From positions 7,902 to 71,901 of the forward strand of contig JAOAEA010000011.1 in the NCBI GenBank assembly GCA_026417035.1: 64,000 bases of DNA. Reading direction: 5' to 3'. The first letter of the stretch is position 1, and every line of letters starts with the position of its first letter. Both the position numbers and the translations under genes were made by a program. Shown here piece after piece: positions 51,171-60,690 of the stretch. Source of the stretch: Burkholderiales bacterium. Lineage in GTDB: Bacteria; Pseudomonadota; Gammaproteobacteria; Burkholderiales; SG8-39. The notes below the pieces were generated by a model. That model was not told where the DNA came from and did no database searches. It saw only the letters and a list, made by a program, of their open reading frames with translations.

Positions 51171-52865
51171 TCAGGTCTCGAGGACATAGGCGCCTGGCGC
51201 GGCGGCGAGCGCGGGGTGGCTCGCGGTCGCGACCGGACGGGCGGGGACCATCTCGCCGCAGAGCGGCGCGAGCCACGCGACCCAGTCCTCCCACCAGCTG
51301 CCCGGCGTCTCGGTGGTGCGCGCGAGCCACGACTCGACCGTGTCGGTGATGCGCGCCTCGCCGGCGCGGAAGCTGCGCTTCGCCGGCGTGACCGGCGGGT
51401 TGACGATGCCCAGGACGTGGCCAGCGCTCGAGCGGACGTAGCGCTTCGGGCCCGCCGCGAAGTTCGCGATCCGGAAGGTCTGCTTCCAGGGCGCGATGTG
51501 GTCGTCCTGGCAGCCGACCGCGTAGAGCGGCTGCGCGATCCGCCCGAGGTCGATCGGCGTGCCGGCGATCGCGAGAGCGTCGGGCTCGACGAGGCGGTTG
51601 GCGAGGTAGAGCTCGCGCAGATACCAGGTGTGCATCGCGGCGGGCATGCGCGTGGTGTCCATGTTCCAGAAGAGGACGTCGAGCGGGCGCGGCGCCTCGC
51701 CGTAGAGCCAGCCGCGCACCACGTATTGCCAGATGAGGCTGTTCGAGCGCAGCAGCCGGAACGCGGCGGCCATCTCCTTCCCGTCGAGGTAGCCCTTGCG
51801 CGCCATCGCCTCCGCGAGGTGCGCGACGGTCGATTCGTCGAGGAACACCTCGATGTCCCCCGGGCTCGCGAAATCGACCAGCGTGGTGAAGAGCGTCCAG
51901 TGCGGCACCGGCGCGTGCAAGGGCGCGGCTCGCGCGTTCGCCCAGGCGAGGTACATCGCGAGCGCCGTGCCGCCGAGGCAGTAGCCCACCGCGTGCACCT
52001 CGCCCGAGCCGCTCACGCGGCTCGCGGTCTCGACGAGCTTCGCGATCCCGTCCTCGATGTATGCGTCGAACGTGACGTCGCGCATCTCGGGCGTCGGGTT
52101 CTTCCAGCTCGCGATGTAGACGTCGAAGCCGCGGTCCAGGAGGAAGCGCACCAGGCTGCGCCCCTCGGCGAGGTCGAGGATGTAGAACTTGTTGATCCAG
52201 GGCGTCGCGATCGCGACCGGGATGCGGTGCACGCGGTCGCGCGTCGCGCGGTAGTGGATCACCTCGAGGAGGCGGTTGCGGAAGACCACCGCGCCGGGCG
52301 CCGTCGCGAGGTCCTTGCCGACGTGGAAGTCGCGCGGGTCGGTGAGCCGCACCGTGCCCGCCTCGAAGTCCGCGAGGAAATTGCGCCACCCTGCCGCGAG
52401 GCTCGCGCCGCCCGTCTCCACCGCCTTGCGCAGCGCCACCGGGTTCGTCCAGAGGAAATTGGTCGGCGCGGCGGCGTTCAGCCACTTCCGCCACCAGAAC
52501 GCGGCCTGCCGGCGCTGCTTCTCCGAGAGGCCGGGGGTCCGGTAGAGCGCGTCCTGGACGTGGTGGGTGAAGGCGAGGTAGCCCTCCTTCAGGAGGTCCC
52601 ACGCGACGTGCTCGCGCCAGACGGGGTCGGCGAAGCGCTGGTCGTCCGGGTGCGGCTCCACCGGATCGGCGCTCGGCAGCCCGGCGGCCCGGAGCCACGC
52701 GTGCCGTTGCAGCTCGAGCGCGAGACCCGCGAACTGCGCGCCGAGGTCGGCGAGCTCGCGCGGGTGCGCGAGCCACGCGAGCTGCGCGTGCAGCACCGGC
52801 GTCATCATCCCGTAGGGGTCGAGCGCGCGCTCGAGGAAGCTCGAGGCGGAAGCAGTGGAGCTCAT
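51171..52865 (-). CDS. phaC: Class I poly(R)-hydroxyalkanoate synthase
   Basis: Lipase box GYCLGG and conserved PhaC N-terminal and alpha/beta-hydrolase blocks. Start at ATG 52865 (MSSTASASS). Confidence 0.92.
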   Translation of the reverse strand: MSSTASASSFLERALDPYGMMTPVLHAQLAWLAHPRELADLGAQFAGLALELQRHAWLRAAGLPSADPVEPHPDDQRFADPVWREHVAWDLLKEGYLAFTHHVQDALYRTPGLSEKQRRQAAFWWRKWLNAAAPTNFLWTNPVALRKAVETGGASLAAGWRNFLADFEAGTVRLTDPRDFHVGKDLATAPGAVVFRNRLLEVIHYRATRDRVHRIPVAIATPWINKFYILDLAEGRSLVRFLLDRGFDVYIASWKNPTPEMRDVTFDAYIEDGIAKLVETASRVSGSGEVHAVGYCLGGTALAMYLAWANARAAPLHAPVPHWTLFTTLVDFASPGDIEVFLDESTVAHLAEAMARKGYLDGKEMAAAFRLLRSNSLIWQYVVRGWLYGEAPRPLDVLFWNMDTTRMPAAMHTWYLRELYLANRLVEPDALAIAGTPIDLGRIAQPLYAVGCQDDHIAPWKQTFRIANFAAGPKRYVRSSAGHVLGIVNPPVTPAKRSFRAGEARITDTVESWLARTTETPGSWWEDWVAWLAPLCGEMVPARPVATASHPALAAAPGAYVLET

Positions 52866-53081
52866 GGTCGCGGTCCGGAGGACACGGAAACGGGGTCGCG
52901 GGGCCACTGCACCGCTCTTTCCCGATCCCGATTTCAGAATAGCCGCCCGCGAAGGGACCGCGCGGGGAAGGTTGTGCCGAACGTGCGCGATTGCGCGTGC
53001 CCGGAGAGGGTCCCGGACGCGCCAGTGCCGGTCGCCCGGGCAGGCGGCGACTTCCCGACGCCCGCGCGCGCGGCCCGGGCG

Positions 53082-53252
53082 TTACTCGGCTGGCGTTTCG
53101 GGCGCGGGTGCGGCGGCGAGCGCGCGGGCGAGGCGCGCGCGGGCGAGCAGGGTTTCCACGACCACGACCGCCACCGCGGCCGCGTACGAGCCCCAGACGT
53201 AGACGGCGTAGCCGCCCATGGCGAAGAACTGCACCGCGCTCTCCCACTTCAT
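53082..53252 (-). CDS. ccmD: Haem exporter protein CcmD
   Basis: 56-aa single-TM protein (MKWESAVQFFAMGGYAVYVWGSYAAAVAVVVV). ATGA overlap with the ccmC stop. Confidence 0.8.
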   Translation of the reverse strand: MKWESAVQFFAMGGYAVYVWGSYAAAVAVVVVETLLARARLARALAAAPAPETPAE

Positions 53253-53998
53253 TTCGTCGCCCCTTTCGCCTTGAGGTCGCGCACCCAGTCCGCGTTGCGC
53301 TCCCGCTCGAGGATGATCGCGCGCACGCGCACCAGCACGACCGCGATCGAGTACATCCACGCCGCCAGCGCCATCACCAGCATTCCCCAGAGCATCGTCG
53401 TCGCCATGCTCGGGCTCCTGGTGAGACTGACGGAGGCCCCCTGGTGCAGCGTGTTCCACCACTGCACCGAGAAGTAGATGATGGGCACGTTGATCACGCC
53501 GACGATCGCGAGCACCGCGCCGGCGCGGTCGGCGCGCCGCGGATCGTCGATCGAGGCCTGCAGCGCCATGAAGCCGATGTAGAGGAAGAGGAGGATGAGC
53601 TCCGAGGTGAGGCGCGCGTCCCACACCCACCACGTGCCCCACATCGGCTTGCCCCAGAGCGAGCCCGTCCACAGGGCGAGGAAGGTCATGAGCGCCCCGG
53701 TCGGCGCGATCGCCTGCGCCATCATCGACGAGAGCCGGGTGTTGAAGGCGAGCCCGACCGCCGCCCAGAACGCCATCACCACGTAGAGGAACATCGACAT
53801 CCACGCCGCCGGGACGTGCACGAAGATGATCCGGTAGCCCTCGCCCTGCTGGAAGTCGGTGGGCGCGACGAAGAAGCCGATGTAGAGCCCGATGGCGGCG
53901 AAGACCGCCGCGGCCACGGCGAACCACGGCACCATCTTCCCGGCGAGGGGATAGAAGGTGTTCGGCGCCGCGAAGTAGAACCAGTTGAGCTTGGGCAT
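53249..53998 (-). CDS. ccmC: Haem exporter protein CcmC
   Basis: WGKPMWGTWWVWDARLTSE tryptophan-rich motif. Confidence 0.95.
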   Translation of the reverse strand: MPKLNWFYFAAPNTFYPLAGKMVPWFAVAAAVFAAIGLYIGFFVAPTDFQQGEGYRIIFVHVPAAWMSMFLYVVMAFWAAVGLAFNTRLSSMMAQAIAPTGALMTFLALWTGSLWGKPMWGTWWVWDARLTSELILLFLYIGFMALQASIDDPRRADRAGAVLAIVGVINVPIIYFSVQWWNTLHQGASVSLTRSPSMATTMLWGMLVMALAAWMYSIAVVLVRVRAIILERERNADWVRDLKAKGATK

Positions 53999-54002
53999 GG
54001 GG

Positions 54003-54092
54003 CGGGATGCGGGATCTCGGGTCTAGGATCGAGGATCCGGGATGGAGGATCCGGGATTCAACATTCGGAATTGAGCTCTCGATCCTCGATCC
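54003..54092. repeat. GGGATC-type repeat cluster forming a long imperfect palindrome between ccmB and ccmC
   Basis: GGGATGCGGGATCTCGGGTCTAGGATCGAGGATCCGGGATGGAGGATCCGGGATTC...CTCGATCCTCGATCCTC. AGGATCGAGGATC is the perfect inverse of GATCCTCGATCCT. Confidence 0.7.
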
Positions 54093-54770
54093 TCATTCCA
54101 ACGAAATCCGCAGCCCCAGCGCCGCGGCCCAGGGCGCGAAGAATAGCGAGACCACGAGGAACGCGCCGAGGAGAGACAAGTGTGCCGCGGCGCCGGTTCC
54201 CGCCGCCGCGGCGTCGACGGCGCCCGCACCGAAGATGAGCACGGGGATGTAGAGCGGCAGCACGAGGAGCGACACGAGCACGCCGCCGCCGCGCAGCCCG
54301 AGCGTGAGCGCGGCGCCGACCGCGCCGATCAGCCCGAGCACGGGCGTGCCGACGAGAAGCGACGCCATCAGCACGCCGAGCGCGTCCCACGGCAGGTCGT
54401 ACTGCAACCCGAGCACCGGCGCGATGAAGACGAGCGGCAGGCCCGAGACGAGCCAGTGCGCGGCGACCTTCGCGGCCACCAGCAGCCCGAGCGGCTGTGG
54501 CGCGAGCAGCATCTGCTCGAGCGTGCCGTCCGCGTAGTCGGCGGAGAACAGCCGCCCCAGAGCCAGCATGGACGCGAGCAGCGCGGCGACCCAGACGACG
54601 CCGGGCGCGATCTGGCGCAGCGTCTCCATCTCGGGGCCGACGCCGAGGGGGAAGAGGCTCACGACGATCACGAAGAAGACGAGCGTCGTCAGCACGTCGG
54701 CACGCCGCCGCAGGGCGAGCAGCAGGTCGCGGCGGACGAGGGCGCGGAACGCGTCGAGGCTGCCCATCAC
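54093..54770 (-). CDS. ccmB: Haem exporter permease CcmB
   Basis: 225-aa six-TM protein with a typical CcmB sequence (LFFVIVVSLFPLGVGPE). Confidence 0.92.
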   Translation of the reverse strand: MMGSLDAFRALVRRDLLLALRRRADVLTTLVFFVIVVSLFPLGVGPEMETLRQIAPGVVWVAALLASMLALGRLFSADYADGTLEQMLLAPQPLGLLVAAKVAAHWLVSGLPLVFIAPVLGLQYDLPWDALGVLMASLLVGTPVLGLIGAVGAALTLGLRGGGVLVSLLVLPLYIPVLIFGAGAVDAAAAGTGAAAHLSLLGAFLVVSLFFAPWAAALGLRISLE

Positions 54771-54864
54771 GCGCGTCCCCGCCGATCGGCGCCATGCGCG
54801 CCGCGCGCACGCTCGCGGTCGGCCCAGGGCGAGGGGGCGCCGCCGCCGCGGACCGTGGCGCGCG

Positions 54865-55488
54865 TCATGCCGCTCCGAGCCGCAGGGTGCGGCGCGTGCG
54901 CACGGGCACGTCCACTTCCTGGTGCGTCGTCAGCAGCACGATGCCGCCCGAGTCGGCCTGGTTGGCGATGAGGTCGGCGACCAGGCGCACCGCCGCGGCG
55001 TCGAGCGCGACGAACGGCTCGTCGAGCACCCAGAGCCGGCAGCGCTCGCGGAACGCGAGCCGCGCCAGCGCGACGCGGCGCTTCTGCCCCTGCGAGAGCA
55101 CGCGCGTCGGCAGGTCCTCGAACCCCGCGAGGCCCAGGCGCGCGAGCGCGTCGCGCGCGGCTCGCGGCGTCGCGCCGCCGCCGGCCATCGTCTCCGAGAA
55201 GACGAGGTTCTCGACGCCGGTGAGGTCGTCCTTGATCCCGTTGAGATGGCCGAGATAGGCGAGCTGCCCGCGGAATTCCTCGGCAGCCGCGCGGATCGGC
55301 TCGCCCCGCCAGAGGATCTCGCCCGCCGCGGGGGCGAGCAGGCCGCACACCATGCGAAGCAGACTCGTCTTGCCGCTGCCGTTCGGGCCGACCACTTCGA
55401 GGAGCGTTCCCTCGGCGAGCTCGAAGCCGACGCCGCGGAAGAGCCGCCGCTCGCCGCGGACGCATTCGAGGTTGACGGCTTCGAGCAT
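54865..55488 (-). CDS. ccmA: Cytochrome c biogenesis ABC ATPase CcmA
   Basis: Walker A GPNGSGKTSLLR, signature LSQGQKRRVALA, Walker B LWVLDEP. Confidence 0.93.
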   Translation of the reverse strand: MLEAVNLECVRGERRLFRGVGFELAEGTLLEVVGPNGSGKTSLLRMVCGLLAPAAGEILWRGEPIRAAAEEFRGQLAYLGHLNGIKDDLTGVENLVFSETMAGGGATPRAARDALARLGLAGFEDLPTRVLSQGQKRRVALARLAFRERCRLWVLDEPFVALDAAAVRLVADLIANQADSGGIVLLTTHQEVDVPVRTRRTLRLGAA

Positions 55489-55576
55489 CAGGGCTTGGGC
55501 TGCGGCGCGCCGCGCGCGCGCCGCAGGCGCGGCGGCTCCGGACGCGGGGGCTCGGAGCCCGCCGGCGCTTCGCGCC

Positions 55577-55996
55577 TCAGATCTTCTGGATCACGCTGCC
55601 CGAAACGCGCACGCGGTCGCCGGGCCGGAAGGCCGGCGCCTGTTCGGTGCGCACGGTGCGGTCGATGCCGTCCTCGAACCGGACGGTCACGTCCCACACC
55701 GTGGTCTTGGCGACGTTCGAAGCGACCGCGCTGCCGGCCGCGGCGCCGCCCACGGCGCCGACGGTCGTGGCGATCGTCTGCCCGGTGCCGCCGCCGATGT
55801 TGCTGCCGAGCCAGCCGCCCAGCAGTGCGCCGCCGAGCGCGCCCACGACCTGGCCGCCGGTGCTCGCCTGCTGCACCTCGTGGATCGCGACCACGGTGCC
55901 GTTGCCGGTGATGTTCGCCTGCGGGCCGGCGGCGCAGGCGCCGAGCCCGAGCACCGCGGCGAGCGCGAGGAGCGCGCCGAGGAGTCTTGCCGTCAT
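55577..55996 (-). CDS. Glycine-zipper (SlyB / 17-kDa antigen-like) outer-membrane lipoprotein
   Basis: Lipobox LGAC and a glycine zipper (GALGGALLGGWLGSNIGGGTGQTIATTVGAVGGAAAG). Only the last 139 codons of ORF 55577..56611 are used. Confidence 0.8.
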   Translation of the reverse strand: MTARLLGALLALAAVLGLGACAAGPQANITGNGTVVAIHEVQQASTGGQVVGALGGALLGGWLGSNIGGGTGQTIATTVGAVGGAAAGSAVASNVAKTTVWDVTVRFEDGIDRTVRTEQAPAFRPGDRVRVSGSVIQKI

Positions 55997-56001
55997 GCGT
56001 G

Positions 56002-56859
56002 TCACTCCGGAGTGGTGTTGAGGAAGAACATCGCCGCGAGCGCGGGGCTCGGCTGGCCGAAGCCGCCGAACCAGCGCCCGTAGATCTCGCCGATCGCGCC
56101 CGAGCGGTAGATCTGCGCGAGCGCGCGGTTGACCGCGAGCCGGAAGTCGGCGTCGTTTCGGCGCATCATCAGCCCGTAGGGCTCGAACGAGAAGTCCTCG
56201 TCGATGAGGTAGAGCTTCGCCGCGTCCTTCGCCTTCACCGCGAGCCCGATCAGCACGATGCGGTCGTTCGCGTAGGCGTCGAGCCTGCCCGACTCGACCG
56301 CCGCGAGCCCGTCGAGCTCGCCGGTCACCGTCACCACCTCGGCGTTGATGAGGCGCTGCTTCAGCGCTTCGCGCAGCCGCGCCTCGGTGGTGGTGCCCGC
56401 GGTGACGCCGATCTTCTTGCCCGCGAGGTCGGCGAAGCGCTTGATGCCGGTGTCGGTGCGCGCGATCACGCTCGCGCCGTCGACGAAGATCATGTTCGAG
56501 AAGTCCACCTCGCGCATGCGCCCGAGGGTGGCCGTCGTGGTGCCGCACTCGAGGTCCACCTCGCCCTTCACGACCGCGGGGATGCGGCTCTCGGCGGTGA
56601 CCGGCACCCACTTGATGTTCAGGTCCGCGAGCTTGAGGTCGCGCTGGATCGACGCGGCGACGCGCTTGCAGAGGTCCACCGAGTAGCCGTTCGGCTGCTT
56701 GTCCCGGTCGAGGAAGGAGAAGGGCAGCGACGTCTCGCGGTAGCCGAGCGCGATCGTCTTCGTGTCACTCACCTTCTTCAGCGTGCCGGTGAGCGGCGCC
56801 TGTGCGGCAGCCGTCGAGGCCGCGGCGACGAGCGCGAGCGCGAGCAGGGTGCGTTTCAT
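56002..56859 (-). CDS. Family-3 (amino-acid type) ABC transporter substrate-binding protein, orphan
   Basis: Signal peptide. IALGYRETSLPFSF, GYSVDLC, VDLECGTTT are typical of GltI-like SBPs. No permease or ATPase gene nearby. Confidence 0.85.
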   Translation of the reverse strand: MKRTLLALALVAAASTAAAQAPLTGTLKKVSDTKTIALGYRETSLPFSFLDRDKQPNGYSVDLCKRVAASIQRDLKLADLNIKWVPVTAESRIPAVVKGEVDLECGTTTATLGRMREVDFSNMIFVDGASVIARTDTGIKRFADLAGKKIGVTAGTTTEARLREALKQRLINAEVVTVTGELDGLAAVESGRLDAYANDRIVLIGLAVKAKDAAKLYLIDEDFSFEPYGLMMRRNDADFRLAVNRALAQIYRSGAIGEIYGRWFGGFGQPSPALAAMFFLNTTPE

Positions 56860-56940
56860 GTTCGGACGGTCTCCGGAGACGGATGGGGCCGCAAGTATAG
56901 CCGGGCGGCATGAAACGCCGGATCGCGCCCCCGCGCGGCT

Positions 56941-59900
56941 TCAGTCGAAGGTGTAGCGGTAGTGGATGCCGCCGCCGGTGCGCGTCCCCGCCTCGGCGCG
57001 CAGCGAAATCCTCTGCGTCAGCAGGTAGTCGAGCTTCACCACGCTGCCGGTCGCGGCGATCGCCTGCTCGTAGGTGAGGTAGATCCGGTCCGAGAGGCGC
57101 TTGCCGAAGGCGATCACCTGGCCCTGCAGTGCGCCGCCGGGGCCCGCGCCCGCGCCGGCACCCGTGCCGGTGCCGATGGTGATGTCGTCGAGCCCGAGGG
57201 CGCGTGCGACCTGGCGCGTCACCGGCGCGTTCTCGTCGCCGTAGAAGAGCGCCGCGGCGGCCACCTGCAGGGCCGCGAGGTCGGCCTTGTTCGAGGTGTC
57301 CGGCGGGCGTCCGAGCACGAGCCACGACAGCGCCTCGCCCTCCGGCACGGGCGGCTCCGACACGATGCGCACGCGCGGCGCGCGCACCGTGCCGGTGACC
57401 TCCACCCCCGCCGCGACCTGCTGGTTACGCCGCCACGCCTCGACGCGCAGCGCCGGGTTGGCGAGCGGCCCGTCGAACACGAGCTGGCCGCGCTCGATCG
57501 CGAGGTTCTGGCCGTAGGCGCGGTAGGTGCCTTTGCGAACGTAAACGGTGCCGCGCCCGAGCGGTTCGCCGCGCGGGGCCTCGACGCGGAGCTTCCCGCC
57601 GAGCATCGCCTCGAGGCCGTAGCCCGCGACGCGCAGCCGCTCGCCGAAATCGAGCGCGAGGTCGAGGTCGAGCGGCAGGTCGGCGAGCGTCTGGCGGCGC
57701 TCGCGCGGCGCGCCGACGATCAGCACGTCGTCGCCGAGCTCCGGCAGGCCGCTGCGGCCGAACTCGAAATTGCCCTCGTCGGCGCGGAGCTCGCCGGCGA
57801 GCCGCACGCGCTGGCCCGCGTAGCTCGCGGTGCCCGCGCCGGAGGCGACGAGACGCCGGTCGGGCCGCGCGAGCGCGAGGAAGCGGTCGGCGCGCCATTC
57901 GATCCTCGCGCCGTCGTTGCCGACGCGCGGGATCCGGCCCGACGCGCGGAACGACCCCTCGCCGCCGCGCACCGAGAGCTCCGTGAGCTCGAGTGACGAG
58001 GCCGTGAGCGCCGCGCGCACCCGGCCGTCGCGCCAGTCGATGCCGTGGGGGGGTGCCTCGATGCGCAGGCCGTCGCCCGCGAACGTGCCGGTGACGACCG
58101 GGCTCGCGAGCGTGCCAGCCGCGCGCAACGTGGCGCGCACCACGCCGTCGGCGATCACCTCCTGCGGGAAGAGCCGTGCGAGCACCTTGAGCGAGGCGAG
58201 GCCCGCGTCCACGCTCGCGTCGAGCGCGGCATCGCGCGTGAGGCCGGCCTCGCCCGCAGGGGCGAGCGTCGCACGCGCCCGGATCTCGCCGAGCCCCGCG
58301 CCGGATATCGCGAGGGTCGCCGCGAGGCGGTCCGCGACGAAACGCGCGTCGAGCCGCGCTTCCGAGAGGCCGAGCGGAAACGGCGGCGCGGTCGGAAGCA
58401 CCGCATCGCCCGCCTCGCGGCGGACGGCGAGGGTTCCGTCGAGCCGCGGCGCCGCGGTGATCGACCACTCGCCCGCGAGCGTGAGATCCCCGTCCACGTT
58501 CGCGCCGAGGAGTCGCGCGAGCACGGCGGCGGGCAGCGCGCGGAACGAGCCTTCGGAAGCGATGCGGCCCTCCTCCCAGCGCGCCTCGCGCAAGCGGAAG
58601 GCGCCGTCCGCGATGCGCGCCTCGAGCGGGCCGAGGCGCGCGCGCCCCGGCGCGACCTCGAGGGAAGCGGGCGCGGCGAGCGCGGCGGGGTAAGCGCCCT
58701 CGTTCGTGAACGATTCGATCCGGCCCGACCAGCCGCGCCGCGCGTCCCAGCCGCCCGCGGCTTCCGCGCGCACGGCGAAGTCCGTGCCGGAAGCGGCGGC
58801 GCGCAGCCGGTGCCGGGCGAGCGTGCCCTCGGCGTTCGCTGCGACGCGCTCCGCCTGCAACCCGCGCGCGGCGACGCGGCCGGTGTCGATCTCGACGACC
58901 AGGGGCGCTTCCGGGCGAGGCGAGACTTCGCCGCGCGCCGCGAGCCGCGCGATCGTCGCCCCGCCGGGCAGCGCGAGCGATTCGCCCCGCACCGAGAACT
59001 TCGCCGCCGGCGCGGCGAGCGGGCCGGTGAGGACGAGGGAGCCGCTTGCGCGTCCGGCGATCGCGCGGTCGAGCTCGGCGAGCTTCGGCGCGTCCCAGTC
59101 GATGGCGAGCGCGTCGCCCGCGCGGCCGAGCGCGCCGCGCACGGTCGCCCGGTTCGCGCCCAGCGTGAGCGCCACGTCGGCTCTTGCGATCCGGTCGGGC
59201 GATGCCGACAGCGTCCCGCCGCCGGCGACCGGCGTCCCGCGGAACCGGCTCGGGCCGAGCCGCACGTCGGCGTCGGCGCGCCAGGGTGAGGCCGCTTCGC
59301 CGGCGACGGCCGCCTCGCCGGAGAGCGACGCGGCGGGATAGTCGCCGAACGCGCTCGGGTCGAACCGCGAGAAGGCGAGCTTCGCCGCGAAGGGCCGGCG
59401 GCCGCCGAGCGCGACGGCGCCGCTGCCCCGCACTTCGCCGCCGCGCGCCGCGGCGCGCGCCTCGCGGAACTCGACCGCGTCGCCGCGCCGCACCGCGTCG
59501 AACGCGAAGGCGAGGCCGGGCTCGGAGAGCGAGGCGCGCACCGACTGGACCTCCGCGGCGAGGTCCGCGTCGATCTTCCCGCCGAGCGCGCTCGTGCGCA
59601 GCTGCGAGTGCAGGCCGCGCAGGTCGAGCGCGCGCACCGTGAGCGCGACGCGCGCGCCCGAGCCGTCGATCGCCGCGGCGCCGGTCGCCGTGCCGTTTCC
59701 GGCGAAGGTCAGGGCGAGCGCTTCGAGCCTCGCCTTCCCTCCGGCGGCGAGCACATAGCGCGCATTCGCGGCCGCGACCGGAAGCCGCGCCTTGTCGAGC
59801 GGGCCCGGCTCGGCGTTCGTCGCGGCGAGGCTTCCGGCGATGTCGCCGTTCGCCGCGCCGGCGCCGTCGATCGTCACCGCGAGCCGCGTCGCGGGCCAGG

Positions 59901-60690
59901 ACGGATCGAGCTTCCCGAGATCGACGGCCGCGACGGCGATGCGCGCCTCGGCGAGCCATGCGGGCCCGAAGGGCGTGACGCGCAAGGCGCCGTCGGCCCG
60001 CTCCCACGCGCCGGAGCGTGCGGCGAGCGCGAAATCCATCGCCGCGAGCGTGCCCCCGAACGTCGCCTCCAGCACGACCGGGAACGGCGGGCCGGGCCGC
60101 TCCGCCGCGGCGGCGCCGGAGATCGCGAACGGCGGCTTCGCGGCGATGGCGTAGCGCCCGTCGCGGAGCGTCGCGCCGAACGCGCGCCCGGAGACTTCGT
60201 CGAGCCGGTGCGCCGCGGCGTCGCCGCGGTAGGCCGCGCGCACGTCGTCGAGCGCGACCGTGGATGCGCCGCTCGCGATCGCGAGCCTCGCGACCTCCGC
60301 GCGCCCGATGCGCACCGGCAGCGGCAGCCCGATGTCGCTCGGCAGCGTCGCGGGCGCAGCGGAGGGCTTCACGGTGACCGTGACGGCGGCCGCGGTGAGG
60401 GAGGCGACGTCCACGCGCCCGAAGACGAGCGCGAGCGGCGACCAGTCGAACGAGACCGCGCGCGCTTCCACCGCGAGGTCCGGATCCTCGTAGCGGATGC
60501 GGCCGATCGCAGGGGCGCCGACGATCGCGCCGCGCACGCCCTCGAACGCGAGGCGGCCGCCCGAGGCCGCGGCGATCCGGCCGAGTGCCCAGGCGAGGAC
60601 CGCGTCGCTGCGCGCGGCGACATGGAGGCCCGCCGCCGCGGCGAGCGCGAAGAGGGCGAGCGCGAGGACGGTGCGGCGGGCGGTGCGCAT
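56941..60690 (-). CDS. tamB: Translocation and assembly module inner-membrane protein TamB
   Basis: N-terminal signal anchor MRTARRTVLALALFALAAAAGL, long repetitive beta-rich body, C-terminal DUF490-type region (...SLRAEAGTRTGGGIHYRYTFD). Start overlaps the tamA stop. The upstream 249 codons of ORF 56941..61437 are rejected. Confidence 0.88.
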   Translation of the reverse strand: MRTARRTVLALALFALAAAAGLHVAARSDAVLAWALGRIAAASGGRLAFEGVRGAIVGAPAIGRIRYEDPDLAVEARAVSFDWSPLALVFGRVDVASLTAAAVTVTVKPSAAPATLPSDIGLPLPVRIGRAEVARLAIASGASTVALDDVRAAYRGDAAAHRLDEVSGRAFGATLRDGRYAIAAKPPFAISGAAAAERPGPPFPVVLEATFGGTLAAMDFALAARSGAWERADGALRVTPFGPAWLAEARIAVAAVDLGKLDPSWPATRLAVTIDGAGAANGDIAGSLAATNAEPGPLDKARLPVAAANARYVLAAGGKARLEALALTFAGNGTATGAAAIDGSGARVALTVRALDLRGLHSQLRTSALGGKIDADLAAEVQSVRASLSEPGLAFAFDAVRRGDAVEFREARAAARGGEVRGSGAVALGGRRPFAAKLAFSRFDPSAFGDYPAASLSGEAAVAGEAASPWRADADVRLGPSRFRGTPVAGGGTLSASPDRIARADVALTLGANRATVRGALGRAGDALAIDWDAPKLAELDRAIAGRASGSLVLTGPLAAPAAKFSVRGESLALPGGATIARLAARGEVSPRPEAPLVVEIDTGRVAARGLQAERVAANAEGTLARHRLRAAASGTDFAVRAEAAGGWDARRGWSGRIESFTNEGAYPAALAAPASLEVAPGRARLGPLEARIADGAFRLREARWEEGRIASEGSFRALPAAVLARLLGANVDGDLTLAGEWSITAAPRLDGTLAVRREAGDAVLPTAPPFPLGLSEARLDARFVADRLAATLAISGAGLGEIRARATLAPAGEAGLTRDAALDASVDAGLASLKVLARLFPQEVIADGVVRATLRAAGTLASPVVTGTFAGDGLRIEAPPHGIDWRDGRVRAALTASSLELTELSVRGGEGSFRASGRIPRVGNDGARIEWRADRFLALARPDRRLVASGAGTASYAGQRVRLAGELRADEGNFEFGRSGLPELGDDVLIVGAPRERRQTLADLPLDLDLALDFGERLRVAGYGLEAMLGGKLRVEAPRGEPLGRGTVYVRKGTYRAYGQNLAIERGQLVFDGPLANPALRVEAWRRNQQVAAGVEVTGTVRAPRVRIVSEPPVPEGEALSWLVLGRPPDTSNKADLAALQVAAAALFYGDENAPVTRQVARALGLDDITIGTGTGAGAGAGPGGALQGQVIAFGKRLSDRIYLTYEQAIAATGSVVKLDYLLTQRISLRAEAGTRTGGGIHYRYTFD

